In this document: in pieces, positions 54,424 through 63,514 of the stretch
How the letters are laid out: every line of letters starts with the position of its first letter
How positions within the stretch are numbered: position 1 is the stretch's first letter
Source of the DNA: a virus
Virus record (IMG/VR): IMGVR_UViG_3300045988_059857
Coordinates: 4,514 to 68,513 of that record
DNA: 64,000 bases
Reading direction: 5' to 3' (one strand)
Made by a program: the position numbers and the translations under genes
Notes under the pieces: generated by a model
What the model was told of the DNA's origin: nothing
Seen by the model: only the letters and a program-made list of their open reading frames with translations
Database searches by the model: none

Positions 54424-54879
54424 ATGAAATATAAGGATTCACGGTGTGATTTTAAAGAAGAACGTGATGCTGATATATTGAGGGCTTATCGTGAGATACT
54501 TACGACAGGAGACAATATAACACTCTCAGATATTGAGGAAAAGCTATCCCAGTATCCGAGCAGTAGATTTTGGGTATCAGAAGACCGTGCTTATATAGTC
54601 ATATTAGACTTATTGTTGGGAAAATCCATTGATTATATGATACCAACCCGAAGGGCAATGTATCAGGAGATTTTCAGAAGATTCAAGAATTACAGAAGGC
54701 AATATCCACACTTGTCCAAGATGGATATTATCAAACGTGTATGCTACGAGCCAGCACCCAGCTTCTATCTTACTCCGCAAACCATGCACGTTATACTTTA
54801 TAGGGTGAGAAAGGAGGAGAAGAAAAGATGCAACGAGGAGCGAAAGAGAAGATTGCGCTTTATGCAGGGTACATTATAA
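54424..54879 (+). CDS. hypothetical protein in small-terminase position
   Basis: ORF of 151 aa from the first ATG. It is basic at the C-terminus and lies upstream of TerL. The assignment is positional only. Confidence 0.65.
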   Translation: MKYKDSRCDFKEERDADILRAYREILTTGDNITLSDIEEKLSQYPSSRFWVSEDRAYIVILDLLLGKSIDYMIPTRRAMYQEIFRRFKNYRRQYPHLSKMDIIKRVCYEPAPSFYLTPQTMHVILYRVRKEEKKRCNEERKRRLRFMQGTL

Positions 54880-55307
54880 TAATGTGTATCACTTTTCTAG
54901 GCTATGATGGTATGGGCTTGTCGGATGGCTGCACTCTTTGGCAGCGCATCAGTTATCCGTTCTTTCACCAGAACGTCTTCCATGCCGCCATCAACCTTTA
55001 TGTTTTCCATCAGTGTTATCGAGCCATACCTTGTGGCATCGGTCACATGGTCGCATTCTATCTTATCGCTATCAGCTATCCATCCCAATCCTCCGTACCA
55101 ATCATTGGTCTCAGCGGTTTTATCTATGCTTATATGGGGTTCATCGCCCCTTACGTCAATAAAAAGGTAAGATACAATACCATCATCTTACTCTATATCA
55201 GTATCGGAATCTTCATTCCCTGCATGGCTGTTGGAGTCCACATCTACTGCTATGTACTAGGTTTGTTGTGGGGTTATCTAAATGCACCGCTATGCCAAGA
55301 CAAGTAA
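54828..55307 (+). CDS. compact rhomboid-family intramembrane serine protease
   Basis: Three motifs are seen: WQRISYPFFHQNVFHAAINL (H-x4-H-x3-N), IIGLSGFIYAYMG (GxSG) and AVGVHIYCYVLGLLWG (catalytic His helix). There are about 6 hydrophobic helices in 159 aa. The start is uncertain, either 54828 or 54882. Confidence 0.7.
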   Translation: MQRGAKEKIALYAGYIIIMCITFLGYDGMGLSDGCTLWQRISYPFFHQNVFHAAINLYVFHQCYRAIPCGIGHMVAFYLIAISYPSQSSVPIIGLSGFIYAYMGFIAPYVNKKVRYNTIILLYISIGIFIPCMAVGVHIYCYVLGLLWGYLNAPLCQDK

Positions 55308-57445
55308 CCGCCACCAAGCCAGTAACCGATGCACTAGCCAAGCACTACAAATCCATCCTTACGGAGAACGAGAAACGCATCAAGGAAATCAACACACCTT
55401 TCAATCCTGTCAAGGGTGAAGGTTGTGGAGATAAGCGATTCCTGCTCTTCCTGCCCGATTACCCGATTCAGAAACAGTATCTTCCAGTTTCAATGAAGAA
55501 GATTCCGCTCGTCAAAATGCTCATCGAGTTCGGTAACTGCAAGGCGGTAATCGAGGAACTGCACAAGGATATAGATGAGCCGTACAACGAGGAGGAGGAA
55601 ATGGAACAACTGGTGGAGCAGTTTACTCGCATCAGAATGAAACATGACCCATTCTTCTTCTTTGCCGTATTCATCTATATCAAGCCGAAAGGTGGAGGTC
55701 TTCCCTTCCGCTTTGTGCTCAGAAGACCACAGCGCAGACTGCTCAGGTGGCTGGAGGAGCGAAGAAAGAAGAATCGCCCTATCCGTCTCATCCTGCTGAA
55801 AGCCCGACAATGGGGAGGTTCTACGGTCATTCAGATGTATATGCTCTGGCTGCAACTCATGTGGCAGAAGGGTCTCAACTCACTCATCGTGGCTCAGGTC
55901 AAGGACACAGCAGAGACCATCCGAGGAATGTTTGATGAAGCGTTGAAGGAATTTCCAACCAAGTTCCTGCACGAAATGGGAGAAGCATATACCGAGAACG
56001 AGCCTAAGTTTGTAGGATTCGGAACATCAGGTAACGTAAAGAAGGTTCCTCAGCGATTCTGTAAAATCAAGGTGGGTTCTATGCAGAAACCTACTTCTGC
56101 CAATGGTGAAGACTACAACCTTATCCATTGTTCTGAGGTGGGATTGTGGGAGAAGACAGAAGGCAAGTCTCCTGAGGAGGTTGTACAGAATGCAACCAAT
56201 GGTGTGCTCTACAGACCATACACCATGATTGTATATGAATCAACCGCCAATGGTACTGGTAATTTCTTTCATCAGGAGTGGCTGGCAGCAGAAGCAGGAG
56301 AATCGGTATTTGAGCCGTTCTTTGTTCCTTGGTTCGAGATTTACGACCTATACCATCTTGACTTCGAGAGTAAGAAACAGAAAGAGGAGTTCGCAAAATG
56401 GTTATACGATAACCGAAACAACACCAACACGATGTCTAATCGTGAGGAGCCAGTTACCTATCTTTGGAAGTTGTGGCAGATGGGAGCACCTTTGGAAGCT
56501 ATCAACTGGTATATCACGGAGCGCAAAAAGTTCACTGACCATGGTGATATGGCTAGCGGATTCCCTTCTGACCCAGTAGAGGCCTTCAAGCACTCAGGAG
56601 CCAAGGTATTTGCAGAAGAGAAGGTTGACCAGTTCAAGAAAGGTTGCCGAGCACCTAAGTTCATCGGTGATGTTTACGGAGACGGATATAAGGGAAAGAA
56701 GTGCCTACAGAATGTTCGATTCACAGAAGACAAGACAGGGCAGTTGTGGATATGGAGCAAGCCAGAGTACTTTGACGATTGCAAGGTCACAAACCGCTAT
56801 CTAGTTGTCGTGGATATTGGCGGTAGAGGTAGTAAGGCAGACTGGTCTGTTATCTGTGTCTTCGACCGATATTGGATGATGGAAGGTGGTAAGCCATACG
56901 TGGTAGCCCAATGGTACGGACACATAGATATGGACTTGCTGGCATGGAAGGCAGCACAGATAGCCAAGTACTACGACAATGCCCTATTAGTGATTGAATC
57001 CAACACCTTGGAGACGAAAGACAAGGAGCACATCTTGGAAGGTGGTGACCAGTCTGAGTTCATCCTGAATCAAATAAAGGATGAGTACGATAATCTCTAT
57101 GCACGCAAACAGAGCGAAGCAGACATCAAGGAAGGTCTTCCACGCAAGTACGGATTCCATACCAATGTGGCAACCAAGCCAATGGTTATCTCTGTTTTGG
57201 TTCAGGTAGTCAGAGAGCATCTATACGTTGAGCGTGACCAACGATGCCTGAATGAGTTCCTGACCTACGAGCGTAAGAAGAATGGAGCATACGGAGCCAT
57301 TGACGGAAAGCACGATGATTTGCTCATGACCAGAGCAATCGGACTCCACATCTGTTTCAATGAAATGGAAATGCCTAAGATGATACAGAATCAGGCAAGA
57401 GTAATGAGAAGAAAGGTTTCTGTTTCGGCAGCAACCATCATATAG
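55292..57445 (+). CDS. terL: terminase large subunit
   Basis: The Walker A-like segment is LLKARQWGGSTV. The nuclease-like acidic motifs are VVVDIGGRGSKADWSVI and HDDLLMTRAIG. I use the first ATG, at 55292. Confidence 0.88.
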   Translation: MPRQVTATKPVTDALAKHYKSILTENEKRIKEINTPFNPVKGEGCGDKRFLLFLPDYPIQKQYLPVSMKKIPLVKMLIEFGNCKAVIEELHKDIDEPYNEEEEMEQLVEQFTRIRMKHDPFFFFAVFIYIKPKGGGLPFRFVLRRPQRRLLRWLEERRKKNRPIRLILLKARQWGGSTVIQMYMLWLQLMWQKGLNSLIVAQVKDTAETIRGMFDEALKEFPTKFLHEMGEAYTENEPKFVGFGTSGNVKKVPQRFCKIKVGSMQKPTSANGEDYNLIHCSEVGLWEKTEGKSPEEVVQNATNGVLYRPYTMIVYESTANGTGNFFHQEWLAAEAGESVFEPFFVPWFEIYDLYHLDFESKKQKEEFAKWLYDNRNNTNTMSNREEPVTYLWKLWQMGAPLEAINWYITERKKFTDHGDMASGFPSDPVEAFKHSGAKVFAEEKVDQFKKGCRAPKFIGDVYGDGYKGKKCLQNVRFTEDKTGQLWIWSKPEYFDDCKVTNRYLVVVDIGGRGSKADWSVICVFDRYWMMEGGKPYVVAQWYGHIDMDLLAWKAAQIAKYYDNALLVIESNTLETKDKEHILEGGDQSEFILNQIKDEYDNLYARKQSEADIKEGLPRKYGFHTNVATKPMVISVLVQVVREHLYVERDQRCLNEFLTYERKKNGAYGAIDGKHDDLLMTRAIGLHICFNEMEMPKMIQNQARVMRRKVSVSAATII

Positions 57446-57468
57446 TTTCAAATTAAATAATTACGATT

Positions 57469-57774
57469 ATGAAAGTAACAAAGATTTTCAAGCGCATCAA
57501 GTGCGAAATCATGTATCGCCAAGCTACGGCTAAGGCTGACCTCGCAGCAAAGAAGAACCACGGTGACATCTTCTATGTCCTTCCTACGCAGAAAGGCAAC
57601 TTGATGATTATGAACCGCTTCTATTTTGAGGCGTTCAAGAAGACAAAGTTGGTAGATAAAGACATGAAGGCTAGAGACCTCTTCCGTGATTGTGTCTATC
57701 ATACCAACTGCAAGAGCAAGAAGGGAAAACTCAGCAGAAAGCGCAAATTCCTACGCTGGAAAGGCTTAATCTAA
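57469..57774 (+). CDS. hypothetical basic protein
   Basis: ORF of 101 aa. Confidence 0.6.
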   Translation: MKVTKIFKRIKCEIMYRQATAKADLAAKKNHGDIFYVLPTQKGNLMIMNRFYFEAFKKTKLVDKDMKARDLFRDCVYHTNCKSKKGKLSRKRKFLRWKGLI

Positions 57775-57792
57775 AGTTTTTCAGTTCAAGTG

Positions 57793-57835
57793 TTAACGGA
57801 TAAAGGATAGGTAGAGAAAATTCTGCCTATCTTTG
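57793..57835 (+). promoter_or_regulatory. late-type composite promoter: TTAACGGATAAAG-N22-TATCTTTG
   Basis: The motif is at 57793-57805, the spacer is 22 nt, and the box is at 57828-57835. The ATG at 57865 lies 29 nt downstream. Confidence 0.7.
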
Positions 57836-57864
57836 CGCTATATTATTAATAATGTGTATCAAAT

Positions 57865-58779
57865 ATGATTTATAAAATAGTACAAGGCAACGCTTTCAAT
57901 CTCCATATCTTGGTAAGGAAGATGGATATGTCTAAGGAGTTCAATCGGCTGGTTGACTTCGATATGACTCAGGCATCTGACATCAAGGTGGAACTGCAAT
58001 GCTGTTTCGATGATTCCATCATCGTGCCAACGTCCATCGGTGGTATCGAGCATAATGTGCTTGTATGCAATATCCCAGCCACCCTAGGAGTAGGCAACTA
58101 CAATGTAGCCGTTTCATGGACTTATGAGGGTTATGCGATGAAGAGTGTTGAGCGAAACATCTTGCAGATTATTGAGACCAACAAAAGGGTGAAGGTTCCT
58201 TGTGGAGTCTTTCAGGGCGAGACGGTTGGCATGTTCGACCTTCGCTACTACATGGTCACAAAGAATCAGTCTGATTGCACCTTCGTTTATTCTCTTGACG
58301 ATATTACACTCTCCAACACTCCAGCTACATTGAAGTTGGGTGAGAAGTTCGAGACAACGCTTACTCCAGCCGAAGGTTTCAATATCGGAATGGTTAAGGT
58401 AGTCATGGATGGTGTTGACGTCACAAGAGACGTTTACAAGGACGGAAAGATTGAGATTCCAGCCGTGTCAGGTTACGTCAGCATTATGGCTAACGGTGAC
58501 GATAACATCTACTATTGTGGAGCCACCGCTGCAAAGAACATGTGCCAGTTCAACATTGAAGACATTGAAAAGGTTGAAGGAGATATTGTAGATAAGTCTA
58601 TCAATATCACAACGACAAAGGAAAAGCCATACATCTGGTTCGCCAGCCGTGTTCCAGTAGAGTTCTATCTGTCAGGACTCACCGCATCCCTCTACTCCAC
58701 CAAGGTAGGCGATATTTACTATTACTGGACTGATGAGTTGAAAGCAGGAGAATATACGTATAACGCTAAATTAAAATAA
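57865..58779 (+). CDS. virion/tail-associated protein candidate
   Basis: ORF of 304 aa and the first gene of the late tail operon. The composition looks beta-rich. Confidence 0.7.
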   Translation: MIYKIVQGNAFNLHILVRKMDMSKEFNRLVDFDMTQASDIKVELQCCFDDSIIVPTSIGGIEHNVLVCNIPATLGVGNYNVAVSWTYEGYAMKSVERNILQIIETNKRVKVPCGVFQGETVGMFDLRYYMVTKNQSDCTFVYSLDDITLSNTPATLKLGEKFETTLTPAEGFNIGMVKVVMDGVDVTRDVYKDGKIEIPAVSGYVSIMANGDDNIYYCGATAAKNMCQFNIEDIEKVEGDIVDKSINITTTKEKPYIWFASRVPVEFYLSGLTASLYSTKVGDIYYYWTDELKAGEYTYNAKLK

Positions 58780-58780
58780 T

Positions 58781-59941
58781 ATGGCAAAAGAAGTAACATA
58801 CAACAACACGCTCGTAAGCGGAACTGCCGATGAGACCTTGACATATACCAGATATATCAAGGATGAAAGTTCGGGTAAATCCGTCAAAGAGTCTCTTGAC
58901 GAGAAGGTCAATAAGTCTGACCAACTCGGTACTACGCAAATTGCCGACAATGCTATCACCAATGAGAAATTGGCAGAACACTCTGTAGATAATTCCAAAC
59001 TATCTCAGGATTCCGTTTCCTACGACAAAATCCTGAATGGTGCTGTTATAACTGAAAAGATTCAGGATGGAGCCGTAACTACAGAGAAGGTTGAAGAGAA
59101 GGCTGTAACCAATCCGAAGCTGGGTGACCAGTCTGTAGATGGTAGAGTTGTTCGTGATGCATCCTTGGAATCCAAGCATTTCGCCAACGAATCTGTAACT
59201 ACAGAAAAGGTAGCAAGGAAGTCTATCACGAACGATAAGATTGCTGACGGAACGTTGAAAAAGGAAAAACTAGACCCTGAGCTTCGTAAGGCGATAGAAT
59301 CTGCAACTGGTCTTCCTGATGAACTTGTAGAAATGATTCAGGACGTTGATGAGAATCTAGCCAAGCTGAATGATACGGTATATCCAATCATCTTAGGCTT
59401 CACCATCACCCCGAATGTAGGTACGATGCAGACAGAGGTTCGCTATTCTGTTTCAAGCGACAACAAGCCCCTTGTACCTGATACTTCCATCATCAGTAAG
59501 CAGATTAACGACAATGCCGCAAAGAATATCTCAACCACTCCATCATCAGGTGGAACCCTATCCACCCCAATCGAAGGAGCAAGAGAAATCTTCAAGTTTG
59601 CAGTAACCAAGAAAGGCAGAACTGGCAAGAGTACATCACAGACTTGCTATCTCTGCTACTTTGGAGGGAACCCAGCATCCACCATGACCGCAGAAATCCT
59701 CAATACGCTCAACAAGGTATCAGCTACAGGAGTATCATTCAACCCAAAAGTAACTACCAAGGATAATGATTACATCTGGCTAGTAGTACCTAGCTATCTC
59801 TCAATCAGCCGTGTAACCAGTGCAGGATTTGACGTAACCCTTGCTGCTTCTCAGACTATCACAAATAATCTAGGCAGTTTCAAGGCATACAGAACTGCCA
59901 ATCCTCTCACCGCAGCTACATGGAATTTAGTAATATCATAA
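58781..59941 (+). CDS. tail fibre-like protein with about 11-aa repeats
   Basis: The repeated unit is xAVTxEKxxxx, seen as NAITNEKLAEH, GAVITEKIQDG, AVTTEKVEEK, AVTNPKLGDQ and SVTTEKVARK. Confidence 0.7.
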   Translation: MAKEVTYNNTLVSGTADETLTYTRYIKDESSGKSVKESLDEKVNKSDQLGTTQIADNAITNEKLAEHSVDNSKLSQDSVSYDKILNGAVITEKIQDGAVTTEKVEEKAVTNPKLGDQSVDGRVVRDASLESKHFANESVTTEKVARKSITNDKIADGTLKKEKLDPELRKAIESATGLPDELVEMIQDVDENLAKLNDTVYPIILGFTITPNVGTMQTEVRYSVSSDNKPLVPDTSIISKQINDNAAKNISTTPSSGGTLSTPIEGAREIFKFAVTKKGRTGKSTSQTCYLCYFGGNPASTMTAEILNTLNKVSATGVSFNPKVTTKDNDYIWLVVPSYLSISRVTSAGFDVTLAASQTITNNLGSFKAYRTANPLTAATWNLVIS

Positions 59942-59961
59942 ACGTATAAAGATTATATAAT

Positions 59962-62900
59962 ATGAGTATAAATTTAACAGACGAGCTTCTAGCCAAGACC
60001 AAGAAGGGTAAGATTGCCTCTGCAAAGCAAGTGTTTCTTGAAGGAGACAAAGAGAACTTGCAGCAGATAGGAGACAAAACCCATCAGTTGGAGGATGCTA
60101 TCAAAGACATCACCGTCTCAGGTGGAGCATCAACTGCAAATGCTGTCTCTTATAACAACGAGACTAGTGGCATGACTGCAATCACTGCCCAAGGAGCCAT
60201 TGATGAACTTGCAGCTAAGAACAAAGCGCAGGATACCACTATTGGTACTAAAGCTGAGAAGTCAGAGGTAGCTACTGAACTTGATAAGAAATTCGACAAG
60301 GAAAATATTGCCCAAGAGTTCGGTGAATCAAAAGATAAGGTAGTTTCTCAGTTTGCTCTTCCTTTCCGAGAAATAGAGTCTCCAGAGTTCATCAAGACAA
60401 TAGTAGATGCAGAAGACCACTTCCTTTTTGGTATTCAGCTTGATGGTTCTATTGAATGGGGCAAAGGTATTCCTGCACCAATAAAAGCAAAGTTGCAGGA
60501 AATTGTCAACCAGTGTCAGCAGGATAAGACAGATGTTCTTGAAGCTATTAATGCTGTCAAGGAAGAATTATCTGCAAACATCACAGCGTTGCAGGAAGGT
60601 AAGGTGGACAAAGAGGAAGGTAAGTCTCTCATCGAAGATGAAGTAAAGGAGTGCTTTAGGGTAATCGAGAATGAAGAGTTTATCAAGGCTGTTGTTGACT
60701 CAGATGATAGGGTTCTCTATGGTATCTACAGAGATACAGGCAAGCCCTACTTGCCTCAGAATGACATGTACCACATTTCTCAAAGTGAGGAGTTTCTTTG
60801 GGTTATTCTTGATGCAGCTAATCATCCTTTACTTGGTATTCTGCAAGATGGTACTTGTTGGGCAGCTAAGGCTCAGTGGCTTGATGATATTAAGGCTATC
60901 AAGGAAGCTCTTTCAAGTATTGATGAAATCCTTAAAACCTTCCAGCTAAAGGAAGATGGTAAGGGCTTGATAAATCTTGATGTTGCTAACAGCTTCTTCT
61001 ATATCTCTAATGATGAATACATCATTGCAGTGGTAGATGCAGAAGACAGAGTTCTTGCAGGAATTAAGTATGATGCACAACCATACTTTCCTAACCATGA
61101 AATGTACTCTGTAATAACCAATGAGGAATGGCTTTATGCTATCATTGATGCAGAAGACAAGGTTCTTGGCGGCTTCAGTGCAGATGATGGTCACATGATT
61201 GTTGGTGGTATTGATATTAGTACCTTTATTGCTAATGCTATTGTTGATGTAGCAGACATCAAAGAGCGTACTACTCATCTTTCTACAATAAACAATAATG
61301 AATATCTAGCAGTAGAAACTGATTCAGAGGGTAAGGTAATTGGGTATATTACTCCTGATGGTAGCCATTATCTCTATAAGGTAAAGTCAGAGACCATCCC
61401 AGAAGAGTTTGAGCATATTGAAGACCCAGAGGGAAGGACTGAGATTACAACTGATGCAGATGGTAAAACAATGTCATATCGTGATGCAAATGGAGTCAAA
61501 AATGAACTGGCTGGTTTTAACTCTTCACAGTACTATCAAAATAACGTAAAGAAAGAATGGATAGAAGAGAAAAATGTCCTTCCTATCGTAAAAAAATCTA
61601 ATGGAGATATACCTTTGAATATCATGGGTGGAATAACAGACCATAATACAATCAATTTGCTTGTTCCTTCCGAAATACAGAAAACATTCAGTGATGGAGT
61701 AAATAGCTTCTCTCCACCTAATGCAGGCTATGAACTCTCAAACAGAATTGAATGTAAGGCAGGAGACTGGTTTTCTCGTACTGGTACAGCAACAGGTATG
61801 ATTATTGTCACAGATGCTAATGATAAAAATGGAAAGAGATTATTCAATTCTGATGGTTCAACTCTAGGCAGCACCTTTCAGATTCCAGATAATCTTACAG
61901 ATGTCAAATACATACGTATGGCTGTTGATGCAGAAGCTGCCAAGGCAGGTAATGTTGCTATATGTAAAGGTAAGAATGCTTTTGAAGGTGAACAGAAGGG
62001 AGACTTCTTGACAATAGATAAGTTAAGGGTGACTTCATCTAATATGCCAAAGGATTTGAAATTCATTAAAACATCAAATGGAGATTACTATGAACTGTAT
62101 ATTGATGAATCTGATTTCTCGGTCAAGGCTAGGAAAATAGACCCATCCGTGATTACGGAATTACCTGATGATTTCCCAGTGTTTAATTGCAGTGGAGATT
62201 TCACTACGTATTTCAATTCATGGGTAGCAATGGTTGATAACAAATATTTGGTAGAGAGAAACCAGAATGGAGTTACAAATTATCTGAAATTAGGAGCAAA
62301 TGCGTATGGCTATGCTGAGTTCAGAAAAGAAACAACCTCTGGTGGAATACATCGTTATGTGGCAATGTTCCCATACGGCTCTTACGCCGGCTTAAAGGGA
62401 GAAAAGGGATTAACCATTTACGATAAAGACTTTAATGTGATAGATACAAACATAAAGGTTAATAATACTCCCGACGCTCATGATTTTATATATTTTGATG
62501 ATAATCACTTAATCGTTTGTAGCTACATCAATAGAACAAATATTACTATAAATCATAGTAGTGGGTCTTTTACAAGTCCTACATACAGAATTTGTATTCA
62601 GGAAATAAAAAAGATAAATGGCACATGGAAAGAGATTGCATCATTCGATACTAATGATTATCCTCTCCTTCTCACTGATGGAATATATACAAAAAGTCCA
62701 CTTATAATGCTGCATTGGAATACAATCCAACTGGATTATGATGGTAATCTTATTGTCAATATGCGAGACATGAACTGCTTTTGGAAAATTAAGAGAACGG
62801 TTGATTCTGAAGGCAATGTTGTAATAGGCTCCAAAACAAAAGATTATAACGAGGCAGTTATTGGACGAGTTGGAGGTACATATAATTCTGCTTATATAGA

Positions 62901-63489
62901 TTCAAAGCGAGTACTTGAAGAAGGATTTAGGTTTATTGATGTACCTTCATCATTAACTGATATTTCTTCTGATGAGATACCTTTGTGGAAATTCTATCAT
63001 GAGCACGATGTTACATATTGGGGAAAGAAGGAGATTGAGGGTAAGGAATACCCAACCTACACTCTTTTTGACAATAATATGTGGACAGGAGAAACTCCTA
63101 CTGCTAATTATTATGATAAAAATCCAAGGAATAACTACGAGAACAATCCTAAGGGTAATAATGATCTATGTTTTATTAATAGTAAATCTGATGGTGGTAC
63201 TTACGATGAAAGAATGGTTTCTCGCGTTGTTCAGCTAAGTATAGACTGGGATAATCATCTTATCAAGGACTATAAAGTATATGAGATTCCTAAGAAATAT
63301 TCTTATACTCGAAGCTCTGTGCAGATGTTTGACGAAGGAGTTCTTTTTATTTCTTGGGCTGACCAAAACTTCTGTGGGGTATTTGACTTCAATGACCAGC
63401 AAACTGTTGTTGATGGCAAACTTTACAAGAATGGAAAGATGCTATTCTCGTCACGGAAAGCATCTTATAGAGTGCATGGATATAAATAA
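59962..63489 (+). CDS. large tail fibre / receptor-binding protein with internal repeats and a C-terminal ASST-like beta-propeller-like region
   Basis: There are at least 6 copies of E(E/F)hhxhhDAEDxxLxGI. The C-terminal segments DAHDFIYFDDNHLIV and MLHWNTIQLDYDGNLIVNMRDMNCFWKIKR resemble arylsulfotransferase-type propellers as I recall them. Confidence 0.75.
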   Translation: MSINLTDELLAKTKKGKIASAKQVFLEGDKENLQQIGDKTHQLEDAIKDITVSGGASTANAVSYNNETSGMTAITAQGAIDELAAKNKAQDTTIGTKAEKSEVATELDKKFDKENIAQEFGESKDKVVSQFALPFREIESPEFIKTIVDAEDHFLFGIQLDGSIEWGKGIPAPIKAKLQEIVNQCQQDKTDVLEAINAVKEELSANITALQEGKVDKEEGKSLIEDEVKECFRVIENEEFIKAVVDSDDRVLYGIYRDTGKPYLPQNDMYHISQSEEFLWVILDAANHPLLGILQDGTCWAAKAQWLDDIKAIKEALSSIDEILKTFQLKEDGKGLINLDVANSFFYISNDEYIIAVVDAEDRVLAGIKYDAQPYFPNHEMYSVITNEEWLYAIIDAEDKVLGGFSADDGHMIVGGIDISTFIANAIVDVADIKERTTHLSTINNNEYLAVETDSEGKVIGYITPDGSHYLYKVKSETIPEEFEHIEDPEGRTEITTDADGKTMSYRDANGVKNELAGFNSSQYYQNNVKKEWIEEKNVLPIVKKSNGDIPLNIMGGITDHNTINLLVPSEIQKTFSDGVNSFSPPNAGYELSNRIECKAGDWFSRTGTATGMIIVTDANDKNGKRLFNSDGSTLGSTFQIPDNLTDVKYIRMAVDAEAAKAGNVAICKGKNAFEGEQKGDFLTIDKLRVTSSNMPKDLKFIKTSNGDYYELYIDESDFSVKARKIDPSVITELPDDFPVFNCSGDFTTYFNSWVAMVDNKYLVERNQNGVTNYLKLGANAYGYAEFRKETTSGGIHRYVAMFPYGSYAGLKGEKGLTIYDKDFNVIDTNIKVNNTPDAHDFIYFDDNHLIVCSYINRTNITINHSSGSFTSPTYRICIQEIKKINGTWKEIASFDTNDYPLLLTDGIYTKSPLIMLHWNTIQLDYDGNLIVNMRDMNCFWKIKRTVDSEGNVVIGSKTKDYNEAVIGRVGGTYNSAYIDSKRVLEEGFRFIDVPSSLTDISSDEIPLWKFYHEHDVTYWGKKEIEGKEYPTYTLFDNNMWTGETPTANYYDKNPRNNYENNPKGNNDLCFINSKSDGGTYDERMVSRVVQLSIDWDNHLIKDYKVYEIPKKYSYTRSSVQMFDEGVLFISWADQNFCGVFDFNDQQTVVDGKLYKNGKMLFSSRKASYRVHGYK

Positions 63490-63514
63490 TAATATTAATT
63501 AAAATATAACAATT

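Noticed and set aside
54953-54961. Extra partial copies of the late-promoter element: TTATCCGTT inside the rhomboid gene, and TTAACGGAAATAG at 25327-25339 inside the repressor gene.
   Set aside because: Both are imperfect and intragenic, and neither is followed by a TAnnTTTG box at 22 nt.
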